Assembly: GCA_963845145.1 (NCBI GenBank)
Contig: CAWJQU010000008.1
Span: forward strand, 384,001 to 448,000
Direction: 5' to 3'
Source: an uncultured delta proteobacterium
GTDB taxonomy: Bacteria > Desulfobacterota > Desulfobacteria > Desulfobacterales > QNYZ01
Length of the DNA: 64,000 nucleotides
Shown here: piece by piece, positions 29,474 through 40,029 of the stretch
Numbering within the stretch: the stretch's first letter is position 1
Layout of the letters: each line of letters begins with the position of its first letter
Notes under the pieces: generated by a model
The model's input: only the letters and a program-made list of their open reading frames with translations
What the model was told of the DNA's origin: nothing
The model's database searches: none
Program-made: the position numbers and the translations under genes

Positions 29474-31984
29474 TCAAAGGGTTTTCGTTCCTGATTTTAC
29501 GGTAGGTCGAATATTTAATCTTTTGCCGTCGGTAGCCAATTGGATTGCACCATTTCGGGCCGTGTTGAATATCTGAAATTTTCGCCGCTGGTATCTTTTT
29601 AACACGGCCGCATGAGGGAATCGATAGCGACCGGCCCTGGCACTGGATATGATGACCGTTTCAGGGGAAACCGCGTCTAAAAAATCCGATGTACTTGAAG
29701 TGCGGCTACCATGGTGCGGGGCCACCAGAACCGTACTGGATAGCGCATTGTTATGCCGGTTAACCAGCAAGGTTTCCGCCTCTTTTTCAATATCACCAGG
29801 AAACAGAAAGGATACCGCCCCCATGGCGATCTTAATCACCAGTGAATGGTTATTGGTATCAACTCCGGCATCATTGGCTCCGGGTGGAATAAAAGTCTTC
29901 GGTGGATGAAGGATATGAACTTGGGTCCCGCCGATTTCACTTTTTCCGGGTAGTAGGTGAAAAGGCAAGGAGGAGGTTTTATTTTTTTCGATAACGGATC
30001 TGAAAGCACGATACCCCTCGGTATCAGCCGCCTGACCGGTGCTCCAAAGATTTTTCACCTTAAAATGTTCGGCGATATAAGTCAGGCCGTTTAGATGATC
30101 GCTGTTGGGATGCGATAGAACTATGGTGTCCACGGCCATTATTTTTTTCCGCCATAAATATGGTGCCACAACCTTTGCCCCCACGTCAAAGGCGGCATTG
30201 TCATTAAACCCACCCCCGTCTATCAACATGACCGGACCCCCGGGAAATTCCACTAAGGCCGCACTCCCCGACCCCACATCGATAATTGTCACACGTAAAT
30301 CGGCGTGCCAAAAGCGTTGATACGCCCAGTATACCCCGTCTGCTATGCCTGCAGCAGCAGTAAGAAATAAGACCGCGTAAAGTATCTTTGGATGTAACAA
30401 CCCGGTGGTATTGGGTATTTTCCCTCCTTTCAAATAGGATAGAAACATCGGCGCCAACATGATCATCATTGCCACCAGAATATAATAAATGGCAATCTCG
30501 AGGACTGATGGGGTGAAGGTTTTAAGTGATACCGCATCTCCTTCAGCCAAAAAATGGATGCCGGTAAGGGTGACATCGAGAATGATACCGGCGATTTCAA
30601 AACAGGTCGTCGATAAAAAGATACTGGCCGAATGGGTAAACATGCCCATAAGCCCTGCTGGAACAGCCACAAAACCCACCAGTGGTACCGCTAAAAGATT
30701 GGTCCCCACCCCGATCAGCGAAACCTCATTAAAGCTTTGCATAACCAGCGGCAGGGTGCCGAGAGTGGCCAAAATCGTTACGCCGGCCATAGTTGCAGCC
30801 TTTTTGAGGATTGACGTGCGGGATACCAAAGGGGCGGTACCTTGGGGCCACGGGCGTGAGACGCCCAAAATGATGAAGGCCACAGCGGCAAACGAAAGTT
30901 GGAAAGAGATGGAAAAAAGAGAGGGAGGATGAACTGCCAAAATAATCACCCCGGCTACAGCCAGAGTATTAAACGCATTCTGGAGTTTCCCCGTCAGATA
31001 TGCCAACAGAAAGACCGCCACCATCACCACTGCGCGTTGGGTGGATGGTGACATACCGGACATAATCCCGTAACAGATAACCGGGATAAAAGTTAAGATA
31101 GCGGCACCTTTCACAGCCCATGCCCGGCGCAGTAGCATCTTACTATAAGAGAGTAGCCAACGGAAAATAAAAAAAGAAACCGTGGCGACAATCCCAATAT
31201 GAAGGCCGGAGATGGCCAGCAAGTGCCCGGTCCCGGTACGATTAAACACTTCCCTCAAGGGTGGCGATATGCCGGAGCGATCGCCGATGACCAGTGCTTT
31301 TAATATCTGCCCACTTTCACCGGGAACCGTAGTGTCAATTCGTTGTCCGACCGCTTGGCGAACCGCGTTAACCCTGCCCAAGAGGGTCATGGTGGACGGA
31401 CGTTCCAGGATATCGACCTGTGTCGGCGATACCCATATGCGACACCAAATCTTTTGGAAAGCCAGATATCGTTCGTAATTAAATCCGCCCGGGTTATGAA
31501 ACCCAAAAACCCGTTTGAGACGACCCCGGACTTGAATCTTATCACCACGTTTAAACTCAGGCATCTCGCCTCGCCCGATGGTGACAAGAATATTTCCGGA
31601 AACCGCCCTTTGGCCGTCCAGGTTTTTTAAACGGATTGCCTCAATCAAAAGCCGCTGACCATTGGGGCGTGACAATGGTGCCTCACGGATGATGCCCTCG
31701 GCGATCACTTTCCGATTATCGGCAAGGTGAACCACATGGTTTTCAGGTAAATCAGGGGCGGACCAGGGCTGAATGGACAGATAGCCAAGTGCAATAAAAA
31801 GCATTAACGGTGAAACCAGTGCCGTGCGGGACCGCCACAATCGCCATCCGATCAAAGTGAAACTCAGGATAATGATGATGAGCGACTCGCCACCATACCC
31901 CGGCCACCCCTCCCCCAGCACGATACCTGCCATAAAAGCGATCAGAATCGGAATAATGGGGCGCGCGAAAAGGTTAACGGGCAT
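29474..31984 (-). CDS. comEC: DNA uptake protein ComEC/Rec2
   Basis: HLLAISGLH, SFQLSF, SHPNSDH, PHHGS metallo-beta-lactamase domain. Confidence 0.95.
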   Translation of the reverse strand: MPVNLFARPIIPILIAFMAGIVLGEGWPGYGGESLIIIILSFTLIGWRLWRSRTALVSPLMLFIALGYLSIQPWSAPDLPENHVVHLADNRKVIAEGIIREAPLSRPNGQRLLIEAIRLKNLDGQRAVSGNILVTIGRGEMPEFKRGDKIQVRGRLKRVFGFHNPGGFNYERYLAFQKIWCRIWVSPTQVDILERPSTMTLLGRVNAVRQAVGQRIDTTVPGESGQILKALVIGDRSGISPPLREVFNRTGTGHLLAISGLHIGIVATVSFFIFRWLLSYSKMLLRRAWAVKGAAILTFIPVICYGIMSGMSPSTQRAVVMVAVFLLAYLTGKLQNAFNTLAVAGVIILAVHPPSLFSISFQLSFAAVAFIILGVSRPWPQGTAPLVSRTSILKKAATMAGVTILATLGTLPLVMQSFNEVSLIGVGTNLLAVPLVGFVAVPAGLMGMFTHSASIFLSTTCFEIAGIILDVTLTGIHFLAEGDAVSLKTFTPSVLEIAIYYILVAMMIMLAPMFLSYLKGGKIPNTTGLLHPKILYAVLFLTAAAGIADGVYWAYQRFWHADLRVTIIDVGSGSAALVEFPGGPVMLIDGGGFNDNAAFDVGAKVVAPYLWRKKIMAVDTIVLSHPNSDHLNGLTYIAEHFKVKNLWSTGQAADTEGYRAFRSVIEKNKTSSLPFHLLPGKSEIGGTQVHILHPPKTFIPPGANDAGVDTNNHSLVIKIAMGAVSFLFPGDIEKEAETLLVNRHNNALSSTVLVAPHHGSRTSSTSDFLDAVSPETVIISSARAGRYRFPHAAVLKRYQRRKFQIFNTARNGAIQLATDGKRLNIRPTVKSGTKTL

Positions 31985-31988
31985 GAGT

Positions 31989-32190
31989 CGGTTAGCCGGT
32001 TGGCCGGTTGGCCGGTGTGCCCGTGGACCTGCAGGCGACTAAATACGGGGCGATCAGGGGAAAATCAAACCTTTGAATATCGAATATCGAACAAGGGATG
32101 TTGAATGTAGAAGGATGAACAGAGCTTCGGTTGATCGCGGGCCTTTTTGACGGGTAAACGGGACCACCGACCAACCGGCTAACCGGCCAA
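31989..32190. repeat. Intergenic element with inverted arrays of 8-bp GCCGGTT(G/A) units around a 7-bp-period core
   Basis: 31989-32016 CGGTTAGCCGGTTGGCCGGTTGGCCGGT versus 32163-32190 ACCACCGACCAACCGGCTAACCGGCCAA; core GAATATCGAATATCGAAC. Confidence 0.6.
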
Positions 32191-32197
32191 TGGCTCA

Positions 32198-33448
32198 TCA
32201 TTTCTCCCTCCGAACATCCGCCCCCAGCCCAGCCAGTTTCTTCTCCAGAGCTTCATAGCCCCGATCCAGGTGGTAGACCCGACTGACCACGGTTTTTCCC
32301 CGGGCGACCAGACCGGCCAGAATCAATGAGGCACTGGCTCTCAAATCGGTGGCCATAACCGGTGCGCCGGACAGGGTCGACACGCCCCTGACCATGGCCG
32401 TATGACCGGAAATGGTGATGTCGGCACCCATGCGGCGCAGTTCGCTGACGTGGATGAATCGTTTTTCGAAAATCGTCTCGGCAATCAGGCTCGAACCGTC
32501 GGCGATGGACATCAACACCATAAATTGGGCCTGCATATCGGTGGGAAAGCCGGGATACGGCATGGTCTGGATATCCACGCTTTGAACCGGTCCATTGCTT
32601 TTGACATGAATGTGCTCGCCGTCGATGGCCACCTCCGCTCCGGTCGATTTGAGTTTGGCGATCACGGCGCCAAGATGTTCCGGTTCGCAATGGGTCAGGC
32701 GCACATCGCCACCGGTGAGCGCACCGGCCACCATGAGCGTACCGGCTTCAATTCGATCTGGTATGATGGCTGTTTCCACCGGTTTCAGGGAAGAGACGCC
32801 CTCAATAGTGACCACCGCTGTCCCCGCACCCAGTATCTTGGCCCCCATACGGTTAAGAGTCTCGGCCAGGGCCACGACCTCCGGCTCCCGCGCAGCATTA
32901 CTCAACACCGTCACGCCCTCGGCCAGGGTTGCCGCCATCATCAGGTTTTCCGTACCGGTTACGGTCACCACGTCAAAATTGATTTCGGCCCCACGAAGGC
33001 CGTCGGTTTCCGCTTTAACATCGCCATGTTCAAGATCGATCTTGGCACCAAGCAGCTCCAACCCCTTTAAATGCAGGTTAATCGGACGGGCCCCGATGGC
33101 GCATCCCCCGGGCAGGGAAACGCGGGCCTTTTTCAACCGGGCCAGCATGGGGCCAAGCACGAGTACCGATGCCCGCATCTTTCTTACCAGGTCATAAGGT
33201 GCCACATGATTGTCTGCGCCGGTCGTGTCGATTTGAACCTTGTGGCCGTCGGATTCGACTTTAGCGCCCAAATGGCTCAACAGCGCTTCGATACTGCTGA
33301 TATCCTGCAATCTGGGCACATGGCTGTAAGTGCTGATTCCGCTAGCCATCAGAGATGAGGCCAGAATCGGTAAGGCCGCGTTTTTGGCGCCGCTGATTTC
33401 GACCTCGCCGCTTAGGCGCCGGCCACCTTCGATAATAATTTTATCCAT
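32198..33448 (-). CDS. murA: UDP-N-acetylglucosamine 1-carboxyvinyltransferase
   Basis: [39 protein letters not shown]. Confidence 0.97.
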   Translation of the reverse strand: MDKIIIEGGRRLSGEVEISGAKNAALPILASSLMASGISTYSHVPRLQDISSIEALLSHLGAKVESDGHKVQIDTTGADNHVAPYDLVRKMRASVLVLGPMLARLKKARVSLPGGCAIGARPINLHLKGLELLGAKIDLEHGDVKAETDGLRGAEINFDVVTVTGTENLMMAATLAEGVTVLSNAAREPEVVALAETLNRMGAKILGAGTAVVTIEGVSSLKPVETAIIPDRIEAGTLMVAGALTGGDVRLTHCEPEHLGAVIAKLKSTGAEVAIDGEHIHVKSNGPVQSVDIQTMPYPGFPTDMQAQFMVLMSIADGSSLIAETIFEKRFIHVSELRRMGADITISGHTAMVRGVSTLSGAPVMATDLRASASLILAGLVARGKTVVSRVYHLDRGYEALEKKLAGLGADVRREK

Positions 33449-33465
33449 GATTTTCTAAATCCTTG

Positions 33466-33608
33466 TACAAGGTGTCTCAAAATAAATGTTAGTGTTCCTG
33501 GCAAGGCGCGAAACGGTGAAAAAGCGGAGCATACCCATAGTATGTGAGCATTTTGAACCGTTTTCAACGCCGCCAGGGGCGCTTAGATTTTTTTTGAGAT
33601 ACCTTGTA
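33466..33608. mobile_element. 143-bp palindromic MITE/REP-like element
   Basis: Terminal inverted repeats TACAAGGTGTCTCAAAA / TTTTGAGATACCTTGTA (16 of 17 match); long imperfect hairpin; TA at both ends. Confidence 0.65.
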
Positions 33609-33612
33609 ATAT

Positions 33613-33654
33613 AAAAAAGCGCCCGTCCAAAATCATTTTGGAGCGAACGCTTTT
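33613..33654 (-). terminator. Terminator of the qrc operon
   Basis: Hairpin AAAAGCG...TCCAAAAT-c-ATTTTGGA...CGCTTTT with a U-run on the minus strand. Confidence 0.6.
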
Positions 33655-33675
33655 AATTCGGCAATTTGAAAACGA

Positions 33676-33837
33676 TCAGTGATGCGAATCGTCTCCATCC
33701 GCTTTAGCCGTATCGACAATTGTTTTGATGAGGCAATAGGTCAACCCAATCCCAATCACCGTCAGGGCGTACCACAGCCCCCCGTGGAAGACGATATGCC
33801 CCATGTCCCAAACCCATTCAAATGAAAACGGTAACAT
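33676..33837 (-). CDS. Uncalled 53-aa membrane protein at the end of the qrc operon
   Basis: AAGGAG RBS; MLPFSFEWVWDMGHIVFHGGLWYALTVIGIGLTYCLIKTIVDTAKADGDDSHH; lies between the qrcD stop and the terminator. Confidence 0.75.
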   Translation of the reverse strand: MLPFSFEWVWDMGHIVFHGGLWYALTVIGIGLTYCLIKTIVDTAKADGDDSHH

Positions 33838-33867
33838 CTATCAAACTCCTTTGGCTCTTTGGATCGC

Positions 33868-35202
33868 CTACGCTTGTGCCGGTGCCGGATCTCCCCCGGG
33901 CAACACGGCCGCTTCCTCAGCCACATCATCATCGCCGGTATCAGCAGCAAGTTCTTGTGGTACCGGATCGATGGGGTTAAGCTCGACTTCCTGGGGAAAT
34001 ATCGGCAGGTACCGATACGAAATCAATACCAGAATCACACCGTACGCCACCGGTAGAATCGTGGTGGCCACTTCCTGCCAGCTTGGAAAATAGGGTGCCC
34101 AGGTATCAAACGGCATGACCGGTGTGGCCATTACCTGCAGGACCATCACCCAACGATTCAAACTCACACCGATAACGCCCAAAATAATGGCCGCCAGTCG
34201 CCATTTGGGATTGGCCCTTAATTTGGGTGAGATCAGAATCAGACCCGGTAAAAAACCGCAAAGAACGATCTCGGCAAACAGGATCCAATATCCGTACAAG
34301 GCCATATGGCCATAAAAGTCGCTAAGCGTTTGCCCCTTGGATGGGGCCGTCACGGTGGCCCAATAGATTGTGTCTATGGTTTTAGCGATAATATAAGTAA
34401 AGATCATCCATCCGGAAATCTTAGCCAAAAGTTGTTTGACATTTTCCTTGACCAGTTGCTTACCGGACACTTTTTCCGTGATCCAGGTGATAAACAGGGT
34501 AAAACAGGGCCCATAGGCAGCCGCTGACCAGGTAAACAGGAAAAAGGTATAGGGCCAGATCAGGATATGCTCACGAAAGGCAAATGGCCGTCCAAATAAA
34601 ACCCCGGCGACACCACCCAGCGATCCCTGGTGGAAGAAAGATAAGAAAGCACCAGTGGCCGCAAAAACAGCCATAATGTGGTGCATGTTGTGGGTCAAAT
34701 TGTGGATAAAGGGGACTTTGTCCAATTGACGATTTTCAAGAATCAGGGGGATATACTCGATGGTTAGAACCCCGAGGTAGCAGGTGAAACAAAACGCCAC
34801 TTCGGTCAGCATGGAGTGCACATTGGCATGCCAGAAAATAAACCAGCCGCGTAAAGGGTGCCCCACGTCCATGCCTAAAATCATCAAGGCCGAGGTATAG
34901 CAGATAAACCCGATAAGGACGGCAAAATTGATGATATTTTTCAACTCATCGATTCCGAATATATACTTCAGCAATCCGGTGAAAAACGCGCCCCCGCCCA
35001 AGGCGATGACCGCCAGGTCAGCCCAGATCCAGAGGGCAAACCCGTAATAATCGTTCATATTGGTCTGGTTTAGTCCCTTAATCCAACAAAGGAGCAGACC
35101 GATTACTCCCCACGTTAATACGGCTCCGGCCAGCGCCAGTCCGAGAAAAAACTTGCCCATGGAGCAGCGTGTCACACCCTTGGGAAACAGAGCGGAATCC
35201 AT
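33868..35202 (-). CDS. qrcD: Menaquinone reductase integral membrane subunit (NrfD family)
   Basis: DLAVIALGGGAFF, HSMLTEVAFC, SFFHQGSLGG; last of four qrc genes. Confidence 0.9.
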   Translation of the reverse strand: MDSALFPKGVTRCSMGKFFLGLALAGAVLTWGVIGLLLCWIKGLNQTNMNDYYGFALWIWADLAVIALGGGAFFTGLLKYIFGIDELKNIINFAVLIGFICYTSALMILGMDVGHPLRGWFIFWHANVHSMLTEVAFCFTCYLGVLTIEYIPLILENRQLDKVPFIHNLTHNMHHIMAVFAATGAFLSFFHQGSLGGVAGVLFGRPFAFREHILIWPYTFFLFTWSAAAYGPCFTLFITWITEKVSGKQLVKENVKQLLAKISGWMIFTYIIAKTIDTIYWATVTAPSKGQTLSDFYGHMALYGYWILFAEIVLCGFLPGLILISPKLRANPKWRLAAIILGVIGVSLNRWVMVLQVMATPVMPFDTWAPYFPSWQEVATTILPVAYGVILVLISYRYLPIFPQEVELNPIDPVPQELAADTGDDDVAEEAAVLPGGDPAPAQA

Positions 35203-35246
35203 CAATTACCCCTTATTCAACTGATTCAACGATTTGATTGTTTGGT

Positions 35247-36068
35247 TCATCCGTGATTGTCTTGAGCGCCTTTTTGTTCATCGTCCTTGTAATTGTCACC
35301 GGATCGGCGGACCCACTCCTTACTGGAAAGGTAGTATATTTTCGGATTGGTATGGAGCCTCTCCAGTAGTCTGAACGCCATAGGGTTCTTGGGGCGTCCA
35401 TGATGATGCGGATCCGGCTGGGCAAGCTGGTGGACCTTATGATGGGGATTGTTCAAATCCCCGAAAGTGATGGCCCCCGCCGGGCATGCCTGGGTACAAG
35501 ATGTCTGATACTCGTCTTCTTCGAGCTCATGCCGTCCCTCGACAATCGCTTTTTCCATAGCCAGCTGGTAACGATGGAAACAAAAGCTGCACTTTTCCAC
35601 GATACCGCGCATACGGGGTGAAACGTTGGGGCTTAAGTATTTTTCCATATCGCCCGGCCAGACCGGATCCCACCAGTTGAAATAGCGGGCATGATACGGG
35701 CAGGCCCCCATGCAGTAACGGCATCCGAAGCAGCGCGTATAGATTTGGCTGACAATTCCTGTACCGCTATCGTAATCGGTGGCCGTTGCCGGGCAAACCG
35801 ACACACACGGCGAATGCCCGGTGTGATGCCCCTCGCAATGCTGGCAGGGACGGGGCAAATAACAAATTTCGTTATCGGGATACGGTTTGCGATTTGTCAG
35901 CTTATAGACCTTCATCCAGGTAATACTTAACCGCTTTTCGGTTTCATCGGTTTTAAAGGGCACATTATTTTCGGCCATGCAGGCCACCATGCAGGTACCG
36001 CAGCCGGTGCACTTGTCCAGATCGATGACCATGCCGAATTTCTTCGTCTTTCCGTGCGCTTGCTTCAT
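35247..36068 (-). CDS. qrcC: Menaquinone reductase Fe-S subunit
   Basis: CTGCGTCMVAC, SQIYTRCFGCRYCMGACP, EKCSFC. Confidence 0.9.
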   Translation of the reverse strand: MKQAHGKTKKFGMVIDLDKCTGCGTCMVACMAENNVPFKTDETEKRLSITWMKVYKLTNRKPYPDNEICYLPRPCQHCEGHHTGHSPCVSVCPATATDYDSGTGIVSQIYTRCFGCRYCMGACPYHARYFNWWDPVWPGDMEKYLSPNVSPRMRGIVEKCSFCFHRYQLAMEKAIVEGRHELEEDEYQTSCTQACPAGAITFGDLNNPHHKVHQLAQPDPHHHGRPKNPMAFRLLERLHTNPKIYYLSSKEWVRRSGDNYKDDEQKGAQDNHG

Positions 36069-36086
36069 GAAATCCTCGTTTGGAAC

Positions 36087-38303
36087 TTAAACTTTCGCCA
36101 GTTTGGCCCGAATTCCCCAGGCGGCATCAAAGCCGGAGGCAGCGTCTTCCACCGGCCCCATCAAGGCATTGATGTTGACGCCTTTACCCGCTATAAATTT
36201 ATCGAAGGCCGTATGGCCCAATCCCGTAGGCATAGCCACAATTCCGGGCTTGATGCCGTCGAACAAGTGTGTCCGCACCTTGGCCTCGCCCCTGGGTGTG
36301 GTCAACATCACTTTGGATCCCTCTTTTAATCCATATTCATGGGCCGTGGCAGGGTTGATCTCAACGAACACGTCGTCTTTTTTCAGCACGGTATCCGCCA
36401 CGGTTTTTGTAGCAAAAGGCGGGTTCCCCACAGAACCGCTGGCCAGTCGAATGGAATCGTAGGGTAACAGCAGCAAAGGAAAACTTCCGCTGTCGCCTTC
36501 GGGCGCCGTCTCTTTCCAGGAGGTGTCTATCTCGTTAGAACTCAACTCGAACCGGCCGGAAGCGGTTTGAAACATCGCATCCCATGCGGGCGGCGAATAA
36601 TGGTCATCCGACCAGAAACCCTTTTGATTCATCCCCGCCCATTTCCAACCCAAGGTCTCCTTTAGGCAGGCCTCGTAGTTTTCCCACTCAAAAGCACTGG
36701 CGACGGTACCATTTAACCGACCGGCCAGGTCGATAATCACATCGCCCAGGTGCTGCGTATTGTATTGGGGTGCAACCACCGGCTGCGCCAGGCCAATATA
36801 CGGTCGGGTGGCTCCCCCCGGCGCAGGGACATCCTCGTAACGCTCCAGAAAGATATGGTTCGGTAAAATCAAATCCGCCTGTTGGGCGGTTTCGTCCATA
36901 AAGGATGAAAAACTGGCGATATATGGAATTTGTTCTATAGCGGCCTTCACCGCCTTCGTGTCCCGATAGGTATACAGCGGGTTGGCATCCGCCACCAAAA
37001 GGAGTTCAACCGGTTTGGTTTGATCGGATTTCTCAGCCTTAAACAGACGATGGGGCATTGATCGCGAGAAAAAATCGCCTGTCTCGGCACCATCCACACG
37101 TTGTTGGACCATTCCCTTGGATGCGATATCATCCATTTCAGGATCCGGCCATGTGATATACCCTTCAGATGGCAATAGATGAACACCGCCCTCGGCGTTT
37201 AAATTTCCCACCAGGGCATTTAGCGCCATGACCGCCATGGTATCGCTCAACGCACCCGGTCTGCTCCCCCGGCCACGACCACAAAGGGCCAGGGGCCGAC
37301 GCGCGGCCGTAAACTTCTTTGAGATCTCGCCGATGACATCGGCTGCGACACCGGTTAGGTTGGCAACCTTCTCCGGCGTATAATCGACCATCACTTTCTG
37401 TTTGAAAGGCTCGAAGCCGGTTGCGAATTGATCGACAAATGCTGGATTGTAAGTGGCATTGGATAAGATATGATGAATCACACCCAAAGCCAAAGCGCCT
37501 TCCGTTCCTGGATTAACGGGGATAAAAAGGTCGGCTTTGGCCGCCGTATTGGAAAGGCGATAGTCGATCTGGACGACTTCGGCCTGTCGCTCTTTGCGGT
37601 TGCCGTAAGTGCGAAACATCTGGGCCGGCGAACCCCAGCCATCGAGCAGGTCACTACCAAAGCTTATAATGAAATCAGCGTTGTCGACATCAAACGCCAC
37701 CCTGCTGGCGCCACCGGCCATCACGGCCATGGCCGCATTGTGAGCGGTTCGGGCTGACGCCGGACCGATAAAATTGGGTGAACCGTAGGTGGTTAAAAAC
37801 CGTTTTATCAGCGCCGGTATCGTGCCTCTGTCGCTACCGGAAATGCATGCGAGTCCCTCGGGACGTCCTTCGGCCCGCAATACTCCCAGTTTTTCAGCCA
37901 ATTCCGTCAATGCCGCTTCCCAGCTGATGGGGGTAAAATGGCCTTCGCCCCGCGATCCCACACGTTTGAGGGGCGTTTTTACACGAGAGGGACCATATAG
38001 ATACTGAAGACCGGCAGCACCCAGCATACAGATGCCACCTTGATTGACCGGATGCCCTTCGCGACCTTCGATTTTTACTGCACGATTATCGATCTTGCGC
38101 ACCGTAATCCCACAACCTCCCGGGCAGAGCAGGCAGGTTGAATGGGCATATTCAGCTTTCCCATCCGGCGGAACCGGAACCCACGGCCATACCTGGCTCC
38201 AGATAGAAGAATCGTCGGTCAGTTTCCATGGTAGTGGGGACAAGGCCGTACCCGCAGCCCCGCCAATGCTGAACGCCAGGAAACTCCTTCGGTCGATTTT
38301 CAT
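36087..38303 (-). CDS. qrcB: Menaquinone reductase molybdopterin-binding-like subunit
   Basis: Tat DRRSFL; PLPWKLTDDSSIWSQ; CLLCPGGC. Confidence 0.9.
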   Translation of the reverse strand: MKIDRRSFLAFSIGGAAGTALSPLPWKLTDDSSIWSQVWPWVPVPPDGKAEYAHSTCLLCPGGCGITVRKIDNRAVKIEGREGHPVNQGGICMLGAAGLQYLYGPSRVKTPLKRVGSRGEGHFTPISWEAALTELAEKLGVLRAEGRPEGLACISGSDRGTIPALIKRFLTTYGSPNFIGPASARTAHNAAMAVMAGGASRVAFDVDNADFIISFGSDLLDGWGSPAQMFRTYGNRKERQAEVVQIDYRLSNTAAKADLFIPVNPGTEGALALGVIHHILSNATYNPAFVDQFATGFEPFKQKVMVDYTPEKVANLTGVAADVIGEISKKFTAARRPLALCGRGRGSRPGALSDTMAVMALNALVGNLNAEGGVHLLPSEGYITWPDPEMDDIASKGMVQQRVDGAETGDFFSRSMPHRLFKAEKSDQTKPVELLLVADANPLYTYRDTKAVKAAIEQIPYIASFSSFMDETAQQADLILPNHIFLERYEDVPAPGGATRPYIGLAQPVVAPQYNTQHLGDVIIDLAGRLNGTVASAFEWENYEACLKETLGWKWAGMNQKGFWSDDHYSPPAWDAMFQTASGRFELSSNEIDTSWKETAPEGDSGSFPLLLLPYDSIRLASGSVGNPPFATKTVADTVLKKDDVFVEINPATAHEYGLKEGSKVMLTTPRGEAKVRTHLFDGIKPGIVAMPTGLGHTAFDKFIAGKGVNINALMGPVEDAASGFDAAWGIRAKLAKV

Positions 38304-38363
38304 ATAATTCTCATCCCTTTTTATTGCCCTCGACCAGATAACCCTGATCAGATGACCCTGTCG

Positions 38364-39044
38364 CTATTTGTGGCAGACAAAACAGCCGCCTTTTTGAGTC
38401 TGCACACTCTCCTGGCGGACATTTTCACGCACATGACATTCCGAGCAATCGTCCATCTTCATACGATCCCAGGTATTGTGTTTGATTCCGGCGATATTTT
38501 TCCCCCAGATATTGCGGCTGTAGCCGGTGATTCGATTGGCTTCATATACGGCAGAATGTGTCGATTCACCGATGTTGCCATGGCAGGTGGCGCAATCCAT
38601 TTTCCCTGAAATGGTATGCGCGGCGTGAGAGAAGAACACGCAATCCGGCTGACGCGAATAGACCAGCCAGGGAACTTCCCGATTTTTTTCAATGTAATCG
38701 GATACGAATCGCGTTTCCTCTTCCGAGATGCCCACAACGCTTTCATGGCAAGTCCGGCAGTTGTCAATCTTGGGAATACCCGAAAAGGTGCCGTCTTCCC
38801 GATAAAAATGGCAGCTTTGGCAGCTGTTTTCCACCTCGTCGACATGCAACTTATGGTTAAAGTCAACCGGCTGGCTTTTCTTGGAGTACAACAGGGTTGG
38901 AAATACGACCCAGCCCAGTACCATACTGGCCGCCAGGCCGATAATAAAAAAGAGGATGACAACGCCGCCGCTCGACTCCGTATCGGGAATTGCTGCCGGA
39001 GATTCGTTGTTTTCCGGCCCAGTGGTATCGCTGGGATGACTCAT
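38364..39044 (-). CDS. qrcA: Menaquinone reductase multiheme cytochrome c subunit
   Basis: N-terminal TM; 5 CxxCH; YSRQPDCVFFSHAAH, MKMDDC, CFVCHK. Confidence 0.9.
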   Translation of the reverse strand: MSHPSDTTGPENNESPAAIPDTESSGGVVILFFIIGLAASMVLGWVVFPTLLYSKKSQPVDFNHKLHVDEVENSCQSCHFYREDGTFSGIPKIDNCRTCHESVVGISEEETRFVSDYIEKNREVPWLVYSRQPDCVFFSHAAHTISGKMDCATCHGNIGESTHSAVYEANRITGYSRNIWGKNIAGIKHNTWDRMKMDDCSECHVRENVRQESVQTQKGGCFVCHK

Positions 39045-39157
39045 GCAAACTCCGTCGTCTGTAAAGAAAAAAGGTTATTGAAAAGAAGTAAAACACCCCT
39101 AATAATAAGTTGTGTCTGTGTAACCGCCGCTCCCGTTTTTGTCAAGGGAAAACGCCA

Positions 39158-40012
39158 CTAAACTCGGCCATAACTATGCAGGCCGGGCAGGTAGTTGACG
39201 CCGAAATATGTAACCAATACCGCACAAAATCCAATCAGGGAAAGATAGGCAATCCGCTTACCGTGCCAGCCCCTCATCGTGCGGGCATGAAGCAAGGCGG
39301 CATAGACAAACCAGGTGATCAAAGACCAGGTCTCTTTGGGGTCCCAACCCCAATAGCGCCCCCAGGCCGAGTTGGCCCACACTGCCCCGGTAATGATTCC
39401 GGCCGTGAGGAAAATAAAACCGAACATGATCATCTGGTAGGTCAGCTCATCCAGCGACTGTTTACTGGGAAAAAAATCGAGCCAGCCCTCGCCATCTCCA
39501 CCTCCGGCAGTCACTGTTTCGCGCTGCTTCACCAGATACATAATGCTTAAGCCAAAGGCCACGGCAAAAGCGGAATACCCGATAAAACAGGCGATCACAT
39601 GGGCGATCAACCAGTTGCTTTTCAAGGCGGGCATCAATGGCTGAATATGGACGTTGACGTTGGGCGAAAGGGATGCATAAGCCAGCGCCAGAAACGCGAG
39701 GGGCATGACAAATGCACCGATGACTTTATTTTTGTATTTGAATTCGACGGTCAGGTAAATCAAGGACAAGGTGAACGCAAAAAATACCAGCGACTCATAT
39801 AGATTAGAAAGGGGTGCGTGGCCAATCCCCAGCTGGTAGGATTCCACCCAGCGCAGAATAAGTCCCGCCGTATTGATTATCAAGCCGACGATGACTGCCC
39901 AGGTGCCGAAACGCGCTGTTTCGGGTTTTTTAAATACCCACGCGAACAGATACGCAAAGGCGGCGAAGCCGTATACGAATGTTGTTATGGAAAGCAGATG
40001 TGAGCTACTCAT
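39158..40012 (-). CDS. ccsA: Cytochrome c biogenesis protein, System II (CcsA/ResC)
   Basis: WANSAWGRYWGWDPKETW (WWD domain), GLHSY. Confidence 0.95.
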   Translation of the reverse strand: MSSSHLLSITTFVYGFAAFAYLFAWVFKKPETARFGTWAVIVGLIINTAGLILRWVESYQLGIGHAPLSNLYESLVFFAFTLSLIYLTVEFKYKNKVIGAFVMPLAFLALAYASLSPNVNVHIQPLMPALKSNWLIAHVIACFIGYSAFAVAFGLSIMYLVKQRETVTAGGGDGEGWLDFFPSKQSLDELTYQMIMFGFIFLTAGIITGAVWANSAWGRYWGWDPKETWSLITWFVYAALLHARTMRGWHGKRIAYLSLIGFCAVLVTYFGVNYLPGLHSYGRV

Positions 40013-40029
40013 AGATTATTCCTCTTCGT

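Noticed and set aside
36087..38303. QrcB as a second catalytic Mo enzyme
   Set aside because: Operon context and N-terminal motif match QrcB, which is known to be non-catalytic.
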